Shown piece after piece: positions 12,001-27,000 of a stretch of 64,000 nt of DNA. The stretch spans positions 10,339 through 74,338 of the forward strand of contig JAUCBJ010006518.1 of assembly GCA_032718475.1 (NCBI GenBank), written 5' to 3'. Numbering within the stretch: the stretch's first letter is position 1; each line of letters opens with the position of its first letter. The notes below the pieces were generated by a model. It had not been told where the DNA came from, searched no databases, and saw nothing but the letters and a program-made list of their open reading frames with translations. A program made the position numbers and the translations under genes. The stretch comes from Nemertoderma westbladi. Taxonomy: Eukaryota; Animalia; Xenacoelomorpha.

Positions 12001-15000
12001 GAATATATTGTTTATCCAAATACGTAGCTGCGCAACAATGCATTACATCTTTAATCATACTATTACGTAGCTATTCATACATTAATAAAATGGCCCAGAA
12101 TATGGTGTATTTATTTACATGATTGATTATTGGATGTTTTGTTTATACATCAGTTAATATATCGGCATTAGTTGTGTATATTCTATATATATATATATAT
12201 ATATATACTTTATTATATTGGTTTATTGTTTTAGTGGCTGCGGATCTTAATGAACAAATCGATAATCTAAGGAGGGCTAAAACGTCGTTAGAGAAATCAA
12301 AGCAAGCTTCTGAAAATGAGAGTAAGGAGCAAGGGAAAGAAATACAGGCGTTAATACAGGTAGGGAGCAAGGGAAAGAAATACAGGCGTTAATATAGGTA
12401 GGGAGCAAGGGAAAGAAATACAGGCGTTAATACAGATAGGGAGCAAGGGAAGGAAATACAGGCTTTAATACAGGTAGGGAGCAAGGGAAAGAAATACAGG
12501 CGTTAATACAGGTAGGGAGCAAGGGAAAGAAAGAAATACTGGCGTTAATACAGGTAGGGAGCAAGGGAAAGAAATACAGGCGTTAATACAGGTAGGGAGC
12601 AAGGGAAAGAAATACAGGCGTTAATACAGGTAGGGAGCAAGGGAAAGAAATACAGGCGTTAATACAGGTAGGGAGCAAGGGAAAGAAATACAGGCGTTAA
12701 TACAGGTAGGGAGCAAGGGAAAGAAATACAGGCTTTAATACAGGTAGGGAGCAAGGGAAAGAAATACAGGCGTTAATACAGGTAGGGAGCAAGGGAAAGA
12801 AAGAAATACTGGCGTTAATACAGGTAGGGAGCAAGGGAAAGAAATACAGGCGTTAATACAGGTAGGGAGCAAGGGAAAGAAATACAGGCGTTAATACAGG
12901 TAGGGAGCAAGGGAAAGAAATACAGGCGTTAATACAGGTAGGGAGCAAGGGAAAGAAATACAGGCGTTAATACAGGTAGGGAGCAAGGGAAAGAAATACA
13001 GGCGTTAATACAGGTAGGGAGCAAGGGAAAGAAATACAGGCGTTAATACAGGTAGGGAGCAAGGGAAAGAAATACAGGCGTTAATACAGGTAGGGAGCAA
13101 GGGAAAGAAATACAATACAAGCGTTAATACAGGTAGGGAGCAAGGGAAAGAAATACAGGCGTTAATACAGGTAGGGAGCAAGGGAAAGAAATACAGGCGT
13201 TAATACAGGTAGGGATGGAAGCAAGGGAAAGAAATACAGGCGTTAATACAGGTAGGGAGCAAGGGAAAGAAATACAGGCGTTAATACAGGTAGGGAGCAA
13301 GGGAAAGAAATACAGGCGTTAATACAGGTAGGGAGCAAGGGAAAGAAATACAGGCGTTAATACAGGTAGGGAGCAAGGGAAAGAAATACAGGCGTTAATA
13401 CAGGTACGGAGCAAGGGAAAGAAATACAGGCGTTAATACAGGTAGGGAGCAAGGGAAAGAAATACAGGCGTTAATACAGGTACGGAGCAAGGGAAAGAAA
13501 TACAGGCGTTAATACAGGTAGGGAGCAAGGGAAAGAAATACAAGCGTTAATACAGGTTGGGAGCAAGGGAAAGAAATACAGGCGTTAATACAGGTAGGGA
13601 GCAAAGGAAAGAAATACAGGCGTTAATACAGGTAGGGAGCAAGGGGAAGAAATACAGGCGTTGATACAGATAGGGAGCAAGGGAAAGAAATACAGGCGTT
13701 AATACAGGTAGGGAGCAAGGGAAAGAAATACAGGCGTTAATACAGGTAGGGAGCAAGGGAAAGAAATACAGGCGTTAATACAGGTAGGGAGCAAGGGGAA
13801 GAAATACAGGCGTTAATACAGGTTGGGAGCAAGGGAAAGAAATACAGGCGTTAATACAGGTAGGGAGCAAGGGGAAGAAATACAGGCGTTGATACAGGTA
13901 GGGAGCAAGGGAAAGAAATACAGGCGTTAATACAGGTAGGGAGCAAGGGAAAGAAATACAGGCGTTAATACAGGTAGGGAGCAAGGGAAAGAAATACAGG
14001 CGTTAATACAGGTAGGGAGCAAGGGAAAGAAATACAGGCGTTAATATAGGTAGGGAGCAAGGGAAAGAAATACAGGCGTTAATACAGGTAGGGTGCAAGG
14101 GAAAGAAATACAGGCGTTAATACAGGTAGGGAGCAAGGGAAAGAAATACAGGCGTTAATACAGGTAGGGAGCAAGGGGAAGAAATACAGGCGTTAATACA
14201 GGTTGGGAGCAAGGGAAAGAAATACAGGCGTTAATACAGGTAGGGAGCAAGGGGAAGAAATACAGGCGTTGATACAGATAGGGAGCAAGGGAAAGAAATA
14301 CAAGCGTTAATACAGGTAGGGAGCAAAGGAAAGAAATACAGGCGTTAATACAGGTAGGGAGCAAGGGGAAGAAATACAGGCGTTAATACAGGTTGGGAGC
14401 AAGGGAAAGAAATACAGGCGTTAATACAGGTAGGGAGCAAGGGGAAGAAATACAGGCGTTGATACAGATAGGGAGCAAGGGAAAGAAATACAAGCGTTAA
14501 TACAGGTAGGGAGCAAAGGAAAGAAATACAGGCGGTAATACAGGTAGGGAGCAAGGGGAAGAAATACAGGCGTTAATACAGGTTGGGAGCAAGGGAAAGA
14601 AATACAGGCGTTAATACAGGTAGGGAGCAAGGGAAAGAAATACAGGCGTTAATACAGGTAGGGAGCAAGGGAAAGAAATACAGGCGTTAATACAGGTAGG
14701 GAGCAAGGGAAATAAATATAGGCGTTAATACAGGTAGGGAGCAAAGGAAAGAAATACAGGCGTTAATACAGGTAGAGAGCAAGGGAAAGAAATACAGGCG
14801 TTGATACAGGTAGGGAGCAAGGGAAAGAAATACAGGCGTTAATACAGGTAGGGAGCAAGGGAAAGAAATACAGGCGTTAATACAGGTAGGGAGCAAGGGA
14901 AAGAAAAAATACAGGCGTTAATACAGGTAGGGATGGAAGCAAGGGAAAGAAATACAGCTGAGTTAATACAGGTAGGGAGCAAGGGAAAGAAATACAGGCG

Positions 15001-18000
15001 TTAATACAGGTAGGGAGCAAGGGAAAGAAATACAGGCGTTAATACAGGTAGGGAGCAAGGGAAAGAAATACAGGCGTTAATACAGGTAGGGAGCAAGGGA
15101 AAGAAAAAATACAGGCGTTAATACAGGTAGGGATGGAAGCAAGGGAAAGAAATACAGCTGAGTTAATACAGGTAGGGAGCAAGGGAAAGAAATACAGGCG
15201 TTAATACAGGTAGGGAGCAAGGGAAAGAAATACAGGCGTTAATACAGGTAGGGAGCAAGGGAAAGAAAAAATACAGGCGTTAATACAGGTAGGGAGCAAG
15301 GGAAAGAAATACAGGCGTTAATACAGGTAGGGAGCAAGGGAAAGAAAAAATACAGGCGTTAATACAGGTAGGGAGCAAAGGAAAGAAATACAGGCGTTAA
15401 TACAGGTAGGGAGCAAGAGAAAGAAATACAGGCGTTAATACAGGTAGGGAGCAAGGGAAAGAAAAAATACAGGCGTTAATACAGGTAGGGATGGAAGCAA
15501 GGGAAAGAAATACAGGAGTTAATACAGGTAGGGAGCAAGGGAGAGAAATACAGGCGTTAATACAGGTAGGGATCAAGGGAAAGAAATACAGGCGTTAATA
15601 CAGGTAGGGAGCAAGGGAAAGAAAAAATACAGGCGTTAATACAGGTAGGGATGGAAGCAAGGGAAAGAAATACAGGAGTTAATACAGGTAGGGAGCAAGG
15701 GAAAGAAATACAGGCGTTAATACAGGTAGGGAGCAAGGGAAAGAAATACAGGCGTTAATACAGGTAGGGAGCAAGGGAAAGAAAAAATACAGGCGTTAAT
15801 ACAGGTAGGGATGGAAGCAAGGGAAAGAAATACAGCAGTTAATACAGGTAGGGAGCAAGGGAAAGAAATACAGGCGTTAATACAGGTAGGGAGCAAGGGA
15901 AAGAAATACAGGCGTTAATACAGGTAGGGAGCAAGGGAAAGAAAAAATACAGGCGTTAATACAGGTAGGGAGCAAGGGAAAGAAATACAGGCGTTAATAC
16001 AGGTAGGGAGCAAGGGAAAGAAATACAGGCGTTAATACAGGTAGGGAGCAAGGGAAAGAAAAAATACAGGCGTTAATACAGGTAGGGATGGAAGCAAGGG
16101 AAAGAAATACAGGAGTTAATACAGGTAGGGAGCAAGGGAAAGAAATACAGGCGTTAATACAGGTAGGGAGCAAGGGAAAGAAATACAGGCGTTAATACAG
16201 GTACGGAGCAAGGGAAAGAAATACAGGCATTAATACAGGTAGGGAGCAAGGGAAAGAAATACAGGCGTTAATACAGGTACGGAGCAAGGGAAAGAAATAC
16301 AGGCGTTAATACAGGTAGGGAGCAAGGGAAAGAAATACAGGCGTTAATACAGGTAGGGAGCAAGGGAAAGAAATACAGGCGTTAATACAGGTAGGGAGCA
16401 AGGGAAAGAAAAAATACAGGCGTTAATACAGGTAGGGAGCAAGGTAAAGAAATACAGGCGTTAATACAGGTTGGGAGCAAGGGAAAGAAATACAGGCGTT
16501 AATACAGGTAGGGAGCAAGGGAAAGAAATACAGGCGTTAATACAGGTAGGGAGCAAGGGAAAGAAATACAAGCGTTAATACAGGTAGGGAGCAAGGGAAA
16601 GAAAAAATACAGGCGTTAATACAGGTAGGGATGGAAGCAAGGGAAAGAAATACAGGAGTTAATACAGGTAGGGAGCAAGGGAAAGAAATACAGGCGTTAA
16701 TACAGGTAGGGAGCAAGGGAAAGAAATACAGGCGTTAATACAGGTAGGGAGCAAGGGAAAGAAAAAATACAGGCGTTAATACAGGTAGGGAGCAAGGGAA
16801 AGAAATACAGGCGTTAATACAGGTAGGGAGCAAGGGAAAGAAAAAATACAGGCGTTAATACAGGTAGGGATGGAAGCAAGGGAAAGAAATACAGGAGTTA
16901 ATACAGGTAGGGAGCAAGGGAAAGAAATACAGGCGTTAATACAGGTAGGGAGCAAGGGAAAGAAATACAGGCGTTAATACAGGTAGGGAGCAAGGGAAAG
17001 AAATACAGGCGTTAATACAGGTAGGGAGCAAGGGAAAGAAAAAATACAGGCGTTAATACAGGTAGGGAGCAAGGGAAAGAAATACAGGCGTTAATACAGG
17101 TAGGGAGCAAGGGAAAGAAAAAATACAGGCGTTAATACAGGTAGGGAGCAAAGGAAAGAAATACAGGCGTTAATACAGGTAGGGAGCAAGGGAAAGAAAA
17201 AAGTACAGGCGTTAATACTGGTAGGGATGGAAGCAAGGGAAAGAAATACAGGAGTTAATACAGGTAGGGAGCAAGGGAAAGAAATACAGGAGTTAATACA
17301 GGTAGGAAGCAAGGGAAAGAAATACAGGCGTTAATACAGGTAGGGAGCAAGGGAAAGAAATACAGGCGTTAATACAGGTAGGGAGCAAGGGAAAGAAATA
17401 CAGGCGTTAATACAGGTAGGGAGCAAGGGAAAGAAATACAGGCGTTAATACAGGTAGGGAGCAAGGGAAATAAAAAATACAGGCGTTAATACAGGTAGGG
17501 AGCAAGGGAAGGAAAGAAATACAGGCGTTAATACAGGTAGGGAGCAAGGGAAAGAAATACAGGCGTTAATACAGGTAGGGAGCAAGGGAAAGAAAAAATA
17601 CAGGCGTTAATACAGGTAGGGAGCAAGGGAAAGAAAAAATACAGGCGTTAATACAGGTAGGGAGCAAGGGAAAGAAATACAGGCGTTAATACAGGTAGGG
17701 AGCAAGGGAAAGAAAAAATACAGGCGTTAATACAGGTAGGGAGCAAGGGAAAGAAATACAGGCGTTAATACAGGTAGGGAGCAAGGGAAAGAAAAAATAC
17801 AGGCGTTAATACAGGTAGGGAGCAAAGGAAAGAAATACAGGCGTTAATACAGGTAGGGAGCAAAGGAAAGAAATACAGGCGTTAATACAGGTAGGGAGCA
17901 AGGGAAAGAAAAAATACAGGCGTTAATACAGGTAGGGAGCAAGGGAAAGAAATACAGGCGTTAATACAGGTAGGGAGCAAGGGAAAGAAAAAATACAGGC

Positions 18001-21000
18001 GTTAATACAGGTAGGGAGCAAAGGAAAGAAATACAGGCGTTAATACAGGTAGGGAGCAAGGGAAAGAAAAAATACAGGCGTTAATACAGGTAGGGAGCAA
18101 GGGAAAGAAAAAATACAGGCGTTAATACAGGTAGGGAGCAAAGGAAAGAAATACAGGCGTTAATACAGGTAGGGAGCAAGGGAAAGAAATACAGGCGTTA
18201 ATACAGGTAGGGAGCAAGGGAAAGAAATACAGGCGTTAATACAGGTAGGGAGCAAGGGAAAGAAAAAATACAGGCGTTAATACAGGTAGGGAGCAAAGGA
18301 AAGAAATACAGGCGTTAATACAGGTAGGGAGCAAGGGAAAGAAAAAATACAGGCGTTAATACAGGTAGGGAGCAAAGGAAAGAAATACAGGCGTTAATAC
18401 AGGTAGGGAGCAAGGGAAAGAAATACAGGCGTTAATACAGGTAGGGAGCAAGGGAAAGAAATACAGGCGTTAATACAGGTAGGGAGCAAGGGAAAGAAAA
18501 AATACAGGCGTTAATACAGGTAGGGAGCAAAGGAAAGAAATACAGGCGTTAATACAGGTAGGGAGCAAGGGAAAGAAAAAATACAGGCGTTAATACAGGT
18601 AGGGAGCAAGAGAAAGAAATACAGGCGTTAATACAGGTAGGGAGCAAGAGAAAGAAATACAGGCGTTAATACAGGTAGGGAGCAAGGGAAAGAAAAAATA
18701 CAGGCGTTAATACAGGTAGGGAGCAAGGGAAAGAAATACAGGCGTTAATACAGGTAGGGAGCAAGGGAAAGAAAAAATACAGGCGTTAATACAGGTAGGG
18801 AGCAAAGGAAAGAAATACAGGCGTTAATACAGGTAGGGAGCAAGAGAAAGAAATACAGGCGTTAATACAGGTAGGGAGCAAGGGAAAGAAAAAATACAGG
18901 CGTTAATACAGGTAGGGATGGAAGCAAGGGAAAGAAATACAGGAGTTAATACAGGTAGGGAGCAAGGGAGAGAAATACAGGCGTTAATACAGGTAGGGAT
19001 CAAGGGAAAGAAATACAGGCGTTAATACAGGTAGGGAGCAAGGGAAAGAAAAAATACAGGCGTTAATACAGGTAGGGATGGAAGCAAGGGAAAGAAATAC
19101 AGGAGTTAATACAGGTAGGGAGCAAGGGAAAGAAATACAGGCGTTAATACAGGTAGGGAGCAAGGGAAAGAAATACAGGCGTTAATACAGGTAGGGAGCA
19201 AGGGAAAGAAAAAATACAGGCGTTAATACAGGTAGGGATGGAAGCAAGGGAAAGAAATACAGCAGTTAATACAGGTAGGGAGCAAGGGAAAGAAATACAG
19301 GCGTTAATACAGGTAGGGAGCAAGGGAAAGAAATACAGGCGTTAATACAGGTAGGGAGCAAGGGAAAGAAAAAATACAGGCGTTAATACAGGTAGGGAGC
19401 AAGGGAAAGAAATACAGGCGTTAATACAGGTAGGGAGCAAGGGAAAGAAATACAGGCGTTAATACAGGTAGGGAGCAAGGGAAAGAAAAAATACAGGCGT
19501 TAATACAGGTAGGGATGGAAGCAAGGGAAAGAAATACAGGAGTTAATACAGGTAGGGAGCAAGGGAAAGAAATACAGGCGTTAATACAGGTAGGGAGCAA
19601 GGGAAAGAAATACAGGCGTTAATACAGGTACGGAGCAAGGGAAAGAAATACAGGCATTAATACAGGTAGGGAGCAAGGGAAAGAAATACAGGCGTTAATA
19701 CAGGTACGGAGCAAGGGAAAGAAATACAGGCGTTAATACAGGTAGGGAGCAAGGGAAAGAAATACAGGCGTTAATACAGGTAGGGAGCAAGGGAAAGAAA
19801 TACAGGCGTTAATACAGGTAGGGAGCAAGGGAAAGAAAAAATACAGGCGTTAATACAGGTAGGGAGCAAGGTAAAGAAATACAGGCGTTAATACAGGTTG
19901 GGAGCAAGGGAAAGAAATACAGGCGTTAATACAGGTAGGGAGCAAGGGAAAGAAATACAGGCGTTAATACAGGTAGGGAGCAAGGGAAAGAAATACAGGC
20001 GTTAATACAGGTAGGGAGCAAGGGAAAGAAAAATACAGGCGTTAATACAGGTAGGGTGGAAGCAAGGGAAAGAAATACAGGAGTTAATACAGGTAGGGAG
20101 CAAGGGAAAGAAATACAGGCGTTAATACAGGTAGGGAGCAAGGGAAAGAAATACAGGCGTTAATACAGGTAGGGAGCAAGGGAAAGAAAAAATACAGGCG
20201 TTAATACAGGTAGGGAGCAAGGGAAAGAAATACAGGCGTTAATACAGGTAGGGAGCAAGGGAAAGAAAAAATACAGGCGTTAATACAGGTAGGGATGGAA
20301 GCAAGGGAAAGAAATACAGGAGTTAATACAGGTAGGGAGCAAGGGAAAGAAATACAGGCGTTAATACAGGTAGGGAGCAAGGGAAAGAAATACAGGCGTT
20401 AATACAGGTAGGGAGCAAGGGAAAGAAATACAGGCGTTAATACAGGTAGGGAGCAAGGGAAAGAAAAAATACAGGCGTTAATACAGGTAGGGAGCAAGGG
20501 AAAGAAATACAGGCGTTAATACAGGTAGGGAGCAAGGGAAAGAAAAAATACAGGCGTTAATACAGGTAGGGAGCAAGGGAAAGAAATACAGGCGTTAATA
20601 CAGGTAGGGAGCAAGGGAAAGAAAAAATACAGGCGTTAATACAGGTAGGGATGGAAGCAAGGGAAAGAAATACAGGAGTTAATACAGGTAGGGAGCAAGG
20701 GAAAGAAATACAGGAGTTAATACAGGTAGGGAGCAAGGGAAAGAAATACAGGCGTTAATACAGGTAGGGAGCAAGGGAAAGAAATACAGGCGTTAATACA
20801 GGTAGGGAGCAAGGGAAAGAAATACAGGCGTTAATACAGGTAGGGAGCAAGGGAAAGAAATACAGGCGTTAATACAGGTAGGGAGCAAGGGAAAGAAAAA
20901 TACAGGCGTTAATACAGGTAGGGAGCAAGGGAAGGAAAGAAATACAGGCGTTAATACAGGTAGGGAGCAAGGGAAAGAAATACAGGCGTTAATACAGGTA

Positions 21001-24000
21001 GGGAGCAAGGGAAAGAAAAATACAGGCGTTAATACAGGTAGGGAGCAAGGGAAAGAAAAATACAGGCGTTAATACAGGTAGGGAGCAAGGGAAAGAAATA
21101 CAGGCGTTAATACAGGTAGGGAGCAAGGGAAAGAAATACAGGCGTTAATACAGGTAGGGAGCAAGGGAAAGAAATACAGGCGTTAATACAGGTAGGGAGC
21201 AAGGGAAAGAAATACAGGCGTTAATACAGGTAGGGAGCAAGGGAAAGAAATACAGGCGTTAATACAGGTAGGGAGCAAGGGAAAGAAATACAGGCGTTAA
21301 TACAGGTAGGGAGCAAGGGAAAGAAATACAGGCGTTAATACAGGTAGGGAGCAAGGGAAAGAAATACAGGCGTTAATACAGGTAGGGAGCAAGGGAAAGA
21401 AATACAGGCGTTAATACAGGTAGGGAGCAAGGGAAAGAAATACAGGCGTTAATACAGGTAGGGAGCAAGGGAAAGAAATACAGGCGTTAATACAGGTAGG
21501 GAGCAAGGGAAAGAAAAATACAGGCGTTAATACAGGTAGGGAGCAAGGGAAAGAAATACAGGCGTTAATACAGGTAGGGAGCAAGGGAAAGAAATACAGG
21601 CGTTAATACAGGTAGGGAGCAAGGGAAAGAAATACAGGCGTTAATACAGGTAGGGAGCAAGGGAAAGAAATACAGGCGTTAATACAGGTAGGGAGCAAGG
21701 GAAAGAAATACAGGCGTTAATACAGGTAGGGAGCAAGGGAAAGAAATACAGGCGTTAATACAGGTAGGGAGCAAGGGAAAGAAATACAGGCGTTAATACA
21801 GGTAGGGAGCAAGGGAAAGAAATACAGGCGTTAATACAGGTAGGGAGCAAGGGAAAGAAATACAGGCGTTAATACAGGTAGGGAGCAAGGGAAAGAAATA
21901 CAGGCGTTAATACAGGTAGGGAGCAAGGGAAAGAAATACAGGCGTTAATACAGGTAGGGAGCAAGGGAAAGAAATACAGGCGTTAATACAGGTAGGGAGC
22001 AAGGGAAAGAAATACAGGCGTTAATACAGGTAGGGAGCAAGGGAAAGAAATACAGGCGTTAATACAGGTAGGGAGCAAGGGAAAGAAATACAGGCGTTAA
22101 TACAGGTAGGGAGCAAGGGAAAGAAATACAGGCGTTAATACAGGTAGGGAGCAAGGGAAAGAAATACAGGCGTTAATACAGGTAGGGAGCAAGGGAAAGA
22201 AATACAGGCGTTAATACAGGTAGGGAGCAAGGGAAAGAAATACAGGCGTTAATACAGGTAGGGAGCAAGGGAAAGAAATACAGGCGTTAATACAGGTAGG
22301 GAGCAAGGGAAAGAAATACAGGCGTTAATACAGGTAGGGAGCAAGGGAAAGAAATACAGGCGTTAATACAGGTAGGGAGCAAGGGAAAGAAATACAGGCG
22401 TTAATACAGGTAGGGAGCAAGGGAAAGAAATACAGGCGTTAATACAGGTAGGGAGCAAGGGAAAGAAATACAGGCGTTAATACAGGTAGGGAGCAAGGGA
22501 AAGAAATACAGGCGTTAATACAGGTAGGGAGCAAGGGAAAGAAATACAGGCGTTAATACAGGTAGGGAGCAAGGGAAAGAAATACAGGCGTTAATACAGG
22601 TAGGGAGCAAGGGAAAGAAATACAGGCGTTAATACAGGTAGGGAGCAAGGGAAAGAAATACAGGCGTTAATACAGGTAGGGAGCAAGGGAAAGAAATACA
22701 GGCGTTAATACAGGTAGGGAGCAAGGGAAAGAAATACAGGCGTTAATACAGGTAGGGAGCAAGGGAAAGAAATACAGGCGTTAATACAGGTAGGGAGCAA
22801 GGGAAAGAAATACAGGCGTTAATACAGGTAGGGAGCAAGGGGAAGAAATACAGGCGTTAATACAGGTTGGGAGCAAGGGAAAGAAATACAGGCGTTAATA
22901 CAGGTAGGGAGCAAGGGAAAGAAATACAGGCGTTAATACAGGTAGGGAGCAAGGGAAAGAAATACAGGCGTTAATACAGGTAGGGAGCAAGGGAAATAAA
23001 TATAGGCGTTAATACAGGTAGGGAGCAAAGGAAAGAAATACAGGCGTTAATACAGGTAGGGAGCAAGGGAAAGAAATACAGGCGTTGATACAGGTAGGGA
23101 GCAAGGGAAAGAAATACAGGCGTTAATACAGGTAGGGAGCAAGGGAAAGAAATACAGGCGTTAATACAGGTAGGGAGCAAGGGAAAGAAAAAATACAGGC
23201 GTTAATACAGGTAGGGATGGAAGCAAGGGAAAGAAATACAGCTGAGTTAATACAGGTAGGGAGCAAGGGAAAGAAATACAGGCGTTAATACAGGTAGGGA
23301 GCAAGGGAAAGAAATACAGGCGTTAATACAGGTAGGGAGCAAGGGAAAGAAATACAGGCGTTAATACAGGTAGGGAGCAAGGGAAAGAAATACAGGCGTT
23401 AATACAGGTAGGGAGCAAGGGAAAGAAATACAGGCGTTAATACAGGTAGGGAGCAAGGGAAAGAAATACAGGCGTTAATACAGGTAGGGAGCAAGGGAAA
23501 GAAATACAGGCGTTAATACAGGTAGGGAGCAAGGGAAAGAAAAAATACAGGCGTTAATACAGGTAGGGAGCAAGGGAAAGAAATACAGGCGTTAATACAG
23601 GTAGGGAGCAAGGGAAAGAAATACAGGCGTTAATACAGGTAGGGAGCAAGGGAAAGAAATACAGGCGTTAATACAGGTAGGGAGCAAGGGAAAGAAATAC
23701 AGGCGTTAATACAGGTAGGGATGGAAGCAAGGGAAAGAAATACAGGCGTTAATACAGGTAGGGAGCAAGGGAAAGAAATACAGGCGTTAATACAGGTAGG
23801 GAGCAAGGGAAAGAAATACAGGCGTTAATACAGGTAGGGAGCAAGGGAAAGAAATACAGGCGTTAATACAGGTAGGGAGCAAGGGAAAGAAATACAGGCG
23901 TTAATACAGGTAGGGAGCAAGGGAAAGAAATACAGGCGTTAATACAGGTAGGGAGCAAGGGAAAGAAATACAGGCGTTAATACAGGTAGGGAGCAAGGGA

Positions 24001-27000
24001 AAGAAATACAGGCGTTAATACAGGTTGGGAGCAAGGGAAAGAAATACAGGCGTTAATACAGGTAGGGAGCAAAGGAAAGAAATACAGGCGTTAATACAGG
24101 TAGGGAGCAAGGGAAAGAAATACAGGCGTTAATACAGGTAGGGAGCAAGGGAAAGAAATACAGGCGTTAATACAGGTAGGGAGCAAGGGAAAGAAATACA
24201 GGCGTTAATACAGGTAGGGAGCAAGGGAAAGAAATACAGGCGTTAATACAGGTAGGGAGCAAGGGGAAGAAATACAGGCGTTAATACAGGTAGGGAGCAA
24301 GGGAAAGAAATACAGGCGTTAATATAGGTAGGGAGCAAGGGAAAGAAATACAGGCGTTAATACAGGTAGGGTGCAAGGGAAAGAAATACAGGCGTTAATA
24401 CAGGTAGGGAGCAAGGGAAAGAAATACAGGCGTTAATACAGGTAGGGAGCAAGGGGAAGAAATACAGGCGTTAATACAGGTTGGGAGCAAGGGAAAGAAA
24501 TACAGGCGTTAATACAGGTAGGGAGCAAGGGGAAGAAATACAGGCGTTGATACAGATAGGGAGCAAGGGAAAGAAATACAAGCGTTAATACAGGTAGGGA
24601 GCAAAGGAAAGAAATACAGGCGTTAATACAGGTAGGGAGCAAGGGGAAGAAATACAGGCGTTAATACAGGTTGGGAGCAAGGGAAAGAAATACAGGCGTT
24701 AATACAGGTAGGGAGCAAGGGGAAGAAATACAGGCGTTGATACAGGTAGGGAGCAAGGGAAAGAAATACAGGCGTTAATACAGGTAGGGAGCAAAGGAAA
24801 GAAATACAGGCGGTAATACAGGTAGGGAGCAAGGGGAAGAAATACAGGCGTTAATACAGGTTGGGAGCAAGGGAAAGAAATACAGGCGTTAATACAGGTA
24901 GGGAGCAAGGGAAAGAAATACAGGCGTTAATACAGGTAGGGAGCAAGGGAAAGAAATACAGGCGTTAATACAGGTAGGGAGCAAGGGAAATAAATATAGG
25001 CGTTAATACAGGTAGGGAGCAAAGGAAAGAAATACAGGCGTTAATACAGGTAGGGAGCAAGGGAAAGAAATACAGGCGTTGATACAGGTAGGGAGCAAGG
25101 GAAAGAAATACAGGCGTTAATACAGGTAGGGAGCAAGGGAAAGAAATACAGGCGTTAATACAGGTAGGGAGCAAGGGAAAGAAAAAATACAGGCGTTAAT
25201 ACAGGTAGGGATGGAAGCAAGGGAAAGAAATACAGCTGAGTTAATACAGGTAGGGAGCAAGGGAAAGAAATACAGGCGTTAATACAGGTAGGGAGCAAGG
25301 GAAAGAAATACAGGCGTTAATACAGGTAGGGAGCAAGGGAAAGAAATACAGGCGTTAATACAGGTAGGGAGCAAGGGAAAGAAAAAATACAGGCGTTAAT
25401 ACAGGTAGGGATGGAAGCAAGGGAAAGAAATACAGCTGAGTTAATACAGGTAGGGAGCAAGGGAAAGAAATACAGGCGTTAATACAGGTAGGGAGCAAGG
25501 GAAAGAAATACAGGCGTTAATACAGGTAGGGAGCAAGGGAAAGAAAAAATACAGGCGTTAATACAGGTAGGGAGCAAGGGAAAGAAATACAGGCGTTAAT
25601 ACAGGTAGGGAGCAAGGGAAAGAAAAAATACAGGCGTTAATACAGGTAGGGAGCAAAGGAAAGAAATACAGGCGTTAATACAGGTAGGGAGCAAGAGAAA
25701 GAAATACAGGCGTTAATACAGGTAGGGAGCAAGGGAAAGAAAAAATACAGGCGTTAATACAGGTAGGGATGGAAGCAAGGGAAAGAAATACAGGAGTTAA
25801 TACAGGTAGGGAGCAAGGGAAAGAAATACAGGCGTTAATACAGGTAGGGATCAAGGGAAAGAAATACAGGCGTTAATACAGGTAGGGAGCAAGGGAAAGA
25901 AAAAATACAGGCGTTAATACAGGTAGGGATGGAAGCAAGGGAAAGAAATACAGGAGTTAATACAGGTAGGGAGCAAGGGAAAGAAATACAGGCGTTAATA
26001 CAGGTAGGGAGCAAGGGAAAGAAATACAGGCGTTAATACAGGTAGGGAGCAAGGGAAAGAAAAAATACAGGCGTTAATACAGGTAGGGATGGAAGCAAGG
26101 GAAAGAAATACAGCAGTTAATACAGGTAGGGAGCAAGGGAAAGAAATACAGGCGTTAATACAGGTAGGGAGCAAGGGAAAGAAATACAGGCGTTAATACA
26201 GGTAGGGAGCAAGGGAAAGAAAAATACAGGCGTTAATACAGGTAGGGAGCAAGGGAAAGAAATACAGGCGTTAATACAGGTAGGGAGCAAGGGAAAGAAA
26301 TACAGGCGTTAATACAGGTAGGGAGCAAGGGAAAGAAAAAATACAGGCGTTAATACAGGTAGGGATGGAAGCAAGGGAAAGAAATACAGGAGTTAATACA
26401 GGTAGGGAGCAAGGGAAAGAAATACAGGCGTTAATACAGGTAGGGAGCAAGGGAAAGAAATACAGGCGTTAATACAGGTAGGGAGCAAGGGAAAGAAAAA
26501 TACAGGCGTTAATACAGGTAGGGAGCAAGGGAAAGAAATACAGGCGTTAATACAGGTAGGGAGCAAGGGAAAGAAATACAGGCGTTAATACAGGTAGGGA
26601 GCAAGGGAAAGAAATACAGGCGTTAATACAGGTAGGGAGCAAGGGAAAGAAAAAATACAGGCGTTAATACAGGTAGGGAGCAAGGGAAAGAAATACAGGC
26701 GTTAATACAGGTAGGGAGCAAGGGAAAGAAATACAGGCGTTAATACAGGTAGGGAGCAAGGGAAAGAAATACAGGCGTTAATACAGGTAGGGAGCAAGGG
26801 AAAGAAATACAGGCGTTAATACAGGTAGGGAGCAAGGGAAAGAAATACAGGCGTTAATACAGGTAGGGAGCAAGGGAAAGAAATACAGGCGTTAATACAG
26901 GTAGGGAGCAAGGGAAAGAAATACAGGCGTTAATACAGGTAGGGAGCAAGGGAAAGAAATACAGGCGTTAATACAGGTAGGGAGCAAGGGAAAGAAATAC

